Below are positions 27,718 to 32,000 of a DNA stretch of 32,000 bases, piece after piece (position 1 is the first letter of the stretch; each line of letters opens with the position of its first letter). The position numbers and the translations under genes were made by a program. The notes under the pieces were generated by a model. That model was not told the DNA's origin and did no database searches. It worked only from the letters and a program-made list of their open reading frames with translations. The DNA comes from Candidatus Arthromitus sp. SFB-rat-Yit (GTDB lineage: Bacteria; Bacillota; Clostridia; Clostridiales; Clostridiaceae). The DNA lies in assembly GCF_000283555.1 (NCBI RefSeq), contig NC_016012.1:330001-362000 (forward strand), written 5' to 3'.

Positions 27718-27758
27718 TAATTTTAATTTTAGCAGAAAGTTTTTTAGATGAGTCTGAT

Positions 27759-28007
27759 ATGTATAAGGTGAAGAAGGAGATAAAGATGTATAAGATTGGG
27801 AAGATGATATTTGAAGAGGGAATGAAGAGTGCATCTAATGATGTTGAGAGGGAAATTTCTGGTAGAATGATACGAAAAGGTAAGAATCAAGCTAAGGTAG
27901 AACTTGCTGTTGAAATGATGAAAAATAAAGAAGAATTGAATAAAATTATTAAATATACTGGATTTACTAAGAAAGAACTTGAAAAAATTTACTATACATT
28001 TAAATAA
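27759..28007 (+). CDS. Rpn-like C-terminal domain as a separate small ORF (82 aa; 73 aa if started at ATG 27786)
   Basis: IFEEGMKSASNDVERE...KGKNQAKVELAVEMMKNKEELNKIIKYTGFTKKELEKI resembles the EEG..G....iA..ll..g.s.e.Ia..tGLs.eEie tail of Rpn-family proteins. AAGGAG (27774-27779) lies 6 nt before ATG 27786. Confidence 0.55.
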   Translation: MYKVKKEIKMYKIGKMIFEEGMKSASNDVEREISGRMIRKGKNQAKVELAVEMMKNKEELNKIIKYTGFTKKELEKIYYTFK

Positions 28008-28040
28008 TAACTTGGAATGCTTATTCCAAGTTATTTTTTA
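28007..28040 (+). terminator. Terminator after the Rpn-like locus
   Basis: Perfect 12-bp stem ATAACTTGGAAT / ATTCCAAGTTAT, loop GCTT, then TTTTT. Confidence 0.85.
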
Positions 28041-28100
28041 TGTAAATTTAAGGTTTAAGTTATATAATTATATATATAATTTTAAAAAGGATGTTTGTTT

Positions 28101-28781
28101 ATGAAAATATTATTGGCTGAAGATGAGAAAGAGCTTTCTAATGCTATTGTAGCTATTTTAAAACATAATTATTATTCAGTTGATTGTGTTTATAATGGGG
28201 AAGATGCTTTAGACTGGATACTTAATGACGAATATGATTTGATAATTTTAGATATTATGATGCCTAAGATTGATGGGTTGAATGTATTAAAAATTTTGAG
28301 AGAAAAAAATGTGGATGTACCTGTGTTAATATTAACAGCTAAAGGAGAAATAGATGATAGGGTTATAGGTCTTGATCTTGGTGCAGATGATTACATGTGT
28401 AAGCCTTTTGATATTAAGGAGTTTTTAGCTAGAGTTAGAGCCGTTATTAGGAGAAAGCATGGAGTTACATCAAACAATTTGGAATTTAATAATATGTTTT
28501 TAAATAAACAAAGCTTTGAATTATCATATGAGGATAAAGTTGTTAGACTTGGTAATAAAGAGTATCAAATGATTGAGATGTTTATGAGTAATCCAAATGT
28601 TATAATATCTAGTGAAAAATTTATGAATAAAATATGGGGATATGATTCTGAAGCTGAAATTAATGGGGTTTGGGTTTATATTTCTTATTTGAGGAAAAAA
28701 CTTATTTCAATTGGTTCTCCTGTAGAAATTAAAGCTTTTAGAGGCATTGGATATAAACTTGAGAGTAAGAGTGATAGTTAA
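28101..28781 (+). CDS. OmpR-family response regulator
   Basis: ATG 28101 lies 9 nt after AAGGA; the track start TTG 28095 is less likely. The receiver is MKILLAEDE...DLIILDIMMP. The winged-helix C-terminus ends RGIGYKL. Confidence 0.9.
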   Translation: MKILLAEDEKELSNAIVAILKHNYYSVDCVYNGEDALDWILNDEYDLIILDIMMPKIDGLNVLKILREKNVDVPVLILTAKGEIDDRVIGLDLGADDYMCKPFDIKEFLARVRAVIRRKHGVTSNNLEFNNMFLNKQSFELSYEDKVVRLGNKEYQMIEMFMSNPNVIISSEKFMNKIWGYDSEAEINGVWVYISYLRKKLISIGSPVEIKAFRGIGYKLESKSDS

Positions 28782-30019
28782 TGGTTGATAGATTGCAACG
28801 TAAATTTATGATAATTACATCAACAACACTATTCTTTGTGTTATTTATCTTTATAATTACTGTAAATTTAATCAATATTATAAATGTTAATACTAAATCA
28901 AATACTTTGTTAGAGTTGATTACAGAATATGATGGTAATTTACCTAAGGGATTTAGGGGGGTTAATCCTTCAAATCCATATGATTTTAATGGATTTTATA
29001 AAAATGATTTTAATGGAATTGTTCCTCATAATACATATTTTTCTGCGAAAATTTTTAATGATGGACGTATTTTTGTAAACATTAAAAATACGGATTCTAT
29101 AGATTTGTTAGATGTGAAGAGTTTGGCTGAAGATGTAATTAATCTAAATAAGTATAAGGGATATAAGGGGATTTATAAATTTCAGGTGTTAGATGCTTAT
29201 GAATATAAGCTTGTGTCTTTTTTAGATTTAAGTAGTGATATATCTAAACTGATTGATTTTGGTATTATTTCGGTGTTTGTAGTTATTTTATTTGTTTGTA
29301 TATTTGGTATTATTTTGAATTTTGTATCTAAATATGCAATTAAACCATTTGTAGATAATATGGAAAAACAAAAAATATTTATAACTAATGCGGGACATGA
29401 AATTAAAACACCTCTTGCCATAATTTTGGCTAATACTGAAGTTATGGAAATGTTTAATGGTGAAAATGAGTGGACAAAAAGTACCATAAATCAAGTTAAA
29501 CGTTTAGATGGTTTAGTGAAGAGATTATTATCTTTATCAAAAATGGATGAAAATAATTTTCATATTAATAGGAAGGAAGTTCAATTTGGGAAAATTGTTT
29601 TAGAAATAATAAATGATTTTGAGGTATTCTCTAACAGTAAAAATTTGAGAATTGTCACAAATGTTAATGAAGGTTTAATTTTTAATTGTAGTGAGGAAGA
29701 TATACGTGATTTAGTTTCTATTTTGATGGATAATGCTATTAAATATAGCGATGAATTTGGGGAGATTGAGGTTTTTTTGAATTATAAAAGCGGAAAGATA
29801 GAATTTTGTGTTTCTAATACTTTTAATAATAATGTAAATGGAAATATGAATTATTTATTTGATAGATTTTACAGAATGGATAATTCGAGATCACGTGAAA
29901 CAGGAGGGTATGGACTTGGTTTATCTATTGCTGATTCTATAGTTAGAAATCATAAAGGAAAGATAAATGCTTTTTCAAAAGATGGAAAGATAAATTTTAA
30001 AATATTGTTTAATAAATAA
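28781..30019 (+). CDS. Sensor histidine kinase (2 TM, ~130-aa extracytoplasmic loop, HisKA + HATPase_c)
   Basis: The ATG overlaps the RR stop (TAATG). H-box FITNAGHEIKTPLA, N-box MDNAIKYS, G-boxes DRFYRMD and GGYGLGLSIA. Confidence 0.9.
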   Translation: MVDRLQRKFMIITSTTLFFVLFIFIITVNLINIINVNTKSNTLLELITEYDGNLPKGFRGVNPSNPYDFNGFYKNDFNGIVPHNTYFSAKIFNDGRIFVNIKNTDSIDLLDVKSLAEDVINLNKYKGYKGIYKFQVLDAYEYKLVSFLDLSSDISKLIDFGIISVFVVILFVCIFGIILNFVSKYAIKPFVDNMEKQKIFITNAGHEIKTPLAIILANTEVMEMFNGENEWTKSTINQVKRLDGLVKRLLSLSKMDENNFHINRKEVQFGKIVLEIINDFEVFSNSKNLRIVTNVNEGLIFNCSEEDIRDLVSILMDNAIKYSDEFGEIEVFLNYKSGKIEFCVSNTFNNNVNGNMNYLFDRFYRMDNSRSRETGGYGLGLSIADSIVRNHKGKINAFSKDGKINFKILFNK

Positions 30020-30057
30020 GATCCACTTTATTATGAGTGGATCTTATATTATTTTTT
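30018..30057 (+). terminator. Terminator after the histidine kinase gene
   Basis: 10-bp stem AAGATCCACT / AGTGGATCTT, 8-nt loop, then ATATTATTTTTT. Confidence 0.75.
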
Positions 30058-30128
30058 AAATTATTTATATGTTTAAAGCTGTTTTAAGGTTTATTTTGTA
30101 AACTGTTTTATGTAAAGGAGAGGACATT

Positions 30129-30863
30129 ATGAAAACTTTTATGAGATATGAGAAGAAGTATATGTTAACTGAAGAAAAATATTTGAGGTTAATGGATGTT
30201 TTTAAGGATAAGATGGAAGATGATATTTTCCCAAGATCTAGTATATGTAATATATATTTTGATACTTCAAATTTTCAACTTATAAGGAATTCTTTAGATA
30301 AACCTGTATATAAAGAAAAATTGAGAATGAGAAGTTATGGAGTTCCAAATAAAAATTCGTTTGTGTTTGTAGAACTTAAGAAAAAATATGATGGTGTTGT
30401 TTATAAAAGACGTGAAAAAATGCACATATGTGATGCGGAAAATTATCTTTATTTTAATAATTATCCGAAAAATGACACTCAGGTAATTAGAGAAATAGAT
30501 TGGATGATGAATCATTATAAAAATGTAATACCTAGTATGTATATTTCTTATGATAGAATTGCCATGCGTGGGATTTATGATAACGATTTAAGGATAACTT
30601 TTGATAAAAATATTTTGTATAGAGATTATAATCTTGACCTTAAGAGTGGTATATGGGGAGACAGAGTTATTAGAGAAGATGAATATTTAATGGAGATAAA
30701 GATTAGTGGAGGAATGCCTTTTTGGCTTTGTAGGATTTTAACGGATTTGAGTATTTATCCTACATCTTTTTCTAAGTATGGAGTTGCTTATCAAATTAAT
30801 AAAGGATATAGAGAATGTATTTGTAAAGATCTTTCATGTGGTAGTAGAGAATTTGCTTGTTAA
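30129..30863 (+). CDS. VTC-domain protein (polyphosphate-polymerase-like triphosphate tunnel enzyme)
   Basis: 244 aa. RYEKKY, NIYFDT, KEKLRMRSYG and VFVELKKKYDGVVYKRR match the bacterial VTC (Vtc4 catalytic-domain-like) pattern. The C-terminal tail is Cys-rich (CICKDLSCGSREFAC). Confidence 0.8.
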   Translation: MKTFMRYEKKYMLTEEKYLRLMDVFKDKMEDDIFPRSSICNIYFDTSNFQLIRNSLDKPVYKEKLRMRSYGVPNKNSFVFVELKKKYDGVVYKRREKMHICDAENYLYFNNYPKNDTQVIREIDWMMNHYKNVIPSMYISYDRIAMRGIYDNDLRITFDKNILYRDYNLDLKSGIWGDRVIREDEYLMEIKISGGMPFWLCRILTDLSIYPTSFSKYGVAYQINKGYRECICKDLSCGSREFAC

Positions 30864-30892
30864 AAAATTTAGTTTGGGGGAGTGTGTTTAAA

Positions 30893-31582
30893 ATGTTTAA
30901 TTGGGTTTTTGATTCTATTTTAATTGAAAATGCATCGTCTAATATTTTGGGTAAAAATATTTTAATTTGTATGAGTGTATCGATTATTCTTGGATTTTGT
31001 ATTGCTTATATATATATGTTTAGGAATGTTTATTCAAAAGGTTTTATAGTTACACTTACGCTTATGCCAGCGGTTGTTCAATTAGTTATTATGCTTGTTA
31101 ATGGTAATTTGGGTGCTGGTGTTGCTGTTACTGGAGCATTTTCACTGGTAAGATTTAGATCAGCACCTGGGAGTGCAAAGGAAATAATTAGTATATTTAT
31201 AGCAATGGCAGTTGGGCTTTCAACCGGTATGGGATATATTGGGATAGCAGTTTTATTTGTTATTATTATGGGGGCTTTAAATATTTTATTAAATGCTACA
31301 AAATTTGGTGAGGGTCCCCCACGCCAAAAGACACTTAAGATAACTATACCAGAGTCATTTGATTATACAAATGTATTTAATGATATATTTGATAAATATT
31401 TAAAGAGTTGGGAAATTTATCAGGTTAGAAGTATGAACATGGGTAGTTTATTTAAGATAGAGTATAAGATAGTTATAAAAAATTCTATAAATGAAAAAGA
31501 AATGATTGATGATATTAGATGTAGAAATGGAAATTTAGAAATTATAATTGGTAAAAATTTACCTTCTAGAGAGGAGCTGTAA
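30893..31582 (+). CDS. DUF4956-family membrane protein
   Basis: ATG 30893 is preferred, though the frame is open from TTG 30857, which overlaps the VTC stop. It has 4 TM helices. GAFSLVRFRSAPGSAKEIISIFIAMAVGLSTGMGY is the DUF4956 core. A soluble C-terminal domain follows. Confidence 0.8.
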   Translation: MFNWVFDSILIENASSNILGKNILICMSVSIILGFCIAYIYMFRNVYSKGFIVTLTLMPAVVQLVIMLVNGNLGAGVAVTGAFSLVRFRSAPGSAKEIISIFIAMAVGLSTGMGYIGIAVLFVIIMGALNILLNATKFGEGPPRQKTLKITIPESFDYTNVFNDIFDKYLKSWEIYQVRSMNMGSLFKIEYKIVIKNSINEKEMIDDIRCRNGNLEIIIGKNLPSREEL

Positions 31583-31586
31583 TATT

Positions 31587-32000
31587 ATGAAAAAATCTAA
31601 GTTATTACAGGCTGTTATTTCTGGTATTATATTATTTTCATTTAGTGGATGTGGTACAACCAATACTAGTGCAAGTCTCAATGCATCTCAAAATGTATCG
31701 AATGAAAATAATAATTCATCAGTAAATTTGAGTACGAGTTCAAATTCATCGACAGGACTTACTCAATCTGTAATAAAAAAGGAACTTAATGTTAAAGATT
31801 ATGAAGTTGATTATGATGAAAATTTATCAACTAAAATTAATCTATCGGATGGTCAAATAAATTATAGTGGTACAGGGGTATTGGTTAACGATAAAACTGT
31901 TACTATTAATAAGGCTGGTACTTATGTTTTAAGTGGGAATATGGAAAATGCTCAGATAATTGTTGACGTTAATAAAACAGATGATGTTAGAATTATTTTA
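31587..32000 (+). CDS. Lipoprotein, Cthe_2159-like carbohydrate/polymer-binding beta-helix family (3' end cut by window)
   Basis: Not in the ORF track because no stop falls within the window. My translation is MKKSKLLQAVISGIILFSFSGCG... (lipobox), an S/N-rich linker, then YEVDYDENLSTKINLSDGQINYSGTGVLVNDKTVTINKAGTYVLSG. The ATG lies 4 nt after the DUF4956 stop. Confidence 0.65.
   Translation, partial: MKKSKLLQAVISGIILFSFSGCGTTNTSASLNASQNVSNENNNSSVNLSTSSNSSTGLTQSVIKKELNVKDYEVDYDENLSTKINLSDGQINYSGTGVLVNDKTVTINKAGTYVLSGNMENAQIIVDVNKTDDVRIIL

Noticed and set aside
24508-28094. Direct repeats or att-like sites flanking the KAP/Rpn islet; TAATTATAT occurs on both sides.
   Set aside because: The matches are short and sit in low-complexity AT sequence. 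No integrase or transposase and no tRNA target lie at the borders. I cannot distinguish them from chance by eye.
1-32000. CRISPR arrays, IS elements, prophage genes and rRNA.
   Set aside because: No regularly spaced direct repeats, terminal inverted repeats with a transposase, integrase, or rRNA-like sequence were seen. The only RNA gene is tRNA-Leu.

Overview
32-kb chromosomal segment from a very AT-rich, Clostridia-like Firmicute. I cannot name the species. Supporting signs are frequent TTG/GTG starts behind strong AGGAGG-type Shine-Dalgarno sites, lipobox lipoproteins, a YtvI-type membrane protein and HprK/cre logic. Almost everything is on the + strand and most of it is ordinary housekeeping. 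In order: hprK 3' end, a CorA-like channel, an M18 aminopeptidase, a large secreted repeat protein, a Cof-type HAD hydrolase, and a mannose-family PTS operon (EIIAB, EIIC, EIID, DUF956). Then a lipoprotein, tRNA-Leu(CAA), a divergent TetR/oleate hydratase pair, galE, a YtvI-like permease, an NfeD/SPFH pair, a DUF368 protein, an MFS transporter, a solitary HicB-like protein and a CYTH protein. A cobalamin riboswitch follows, driving a BtuFCD-like ABC importer that runs straight into a deoxynucleoside kinase, then deoD. Two regions stand out. (1) A ~3.8-kb islet (24.3-28.1 kb) with markedly lower G+C sits between deoD and a two-component system. It holds a 786-aa KAP-like P-loop NTPase with an N-terminal polytopic membrane module, plus an Rpn/YhgA-like PD-(D/E)XK nuclease gene split at an A9 tract. 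The nuclease's C-terminal piece has its own strong ribosome-binding site. I read this as a candidate uncharacterised defence or abortive-infection module. (2) At the 3' end, an OmpR/HK pair precedes a tightly packed VTC-domain (polyphosphate-polymerase-like) + DUF4956 membrane protein + Cthe_2159-like lipoprotein operon, a conserved bacterial cluster of unknown function. No CRISPR array, rRNA, IS element or integrase was seen. All family assignments rest on motif recognition in the supplied translations, not on database searches.
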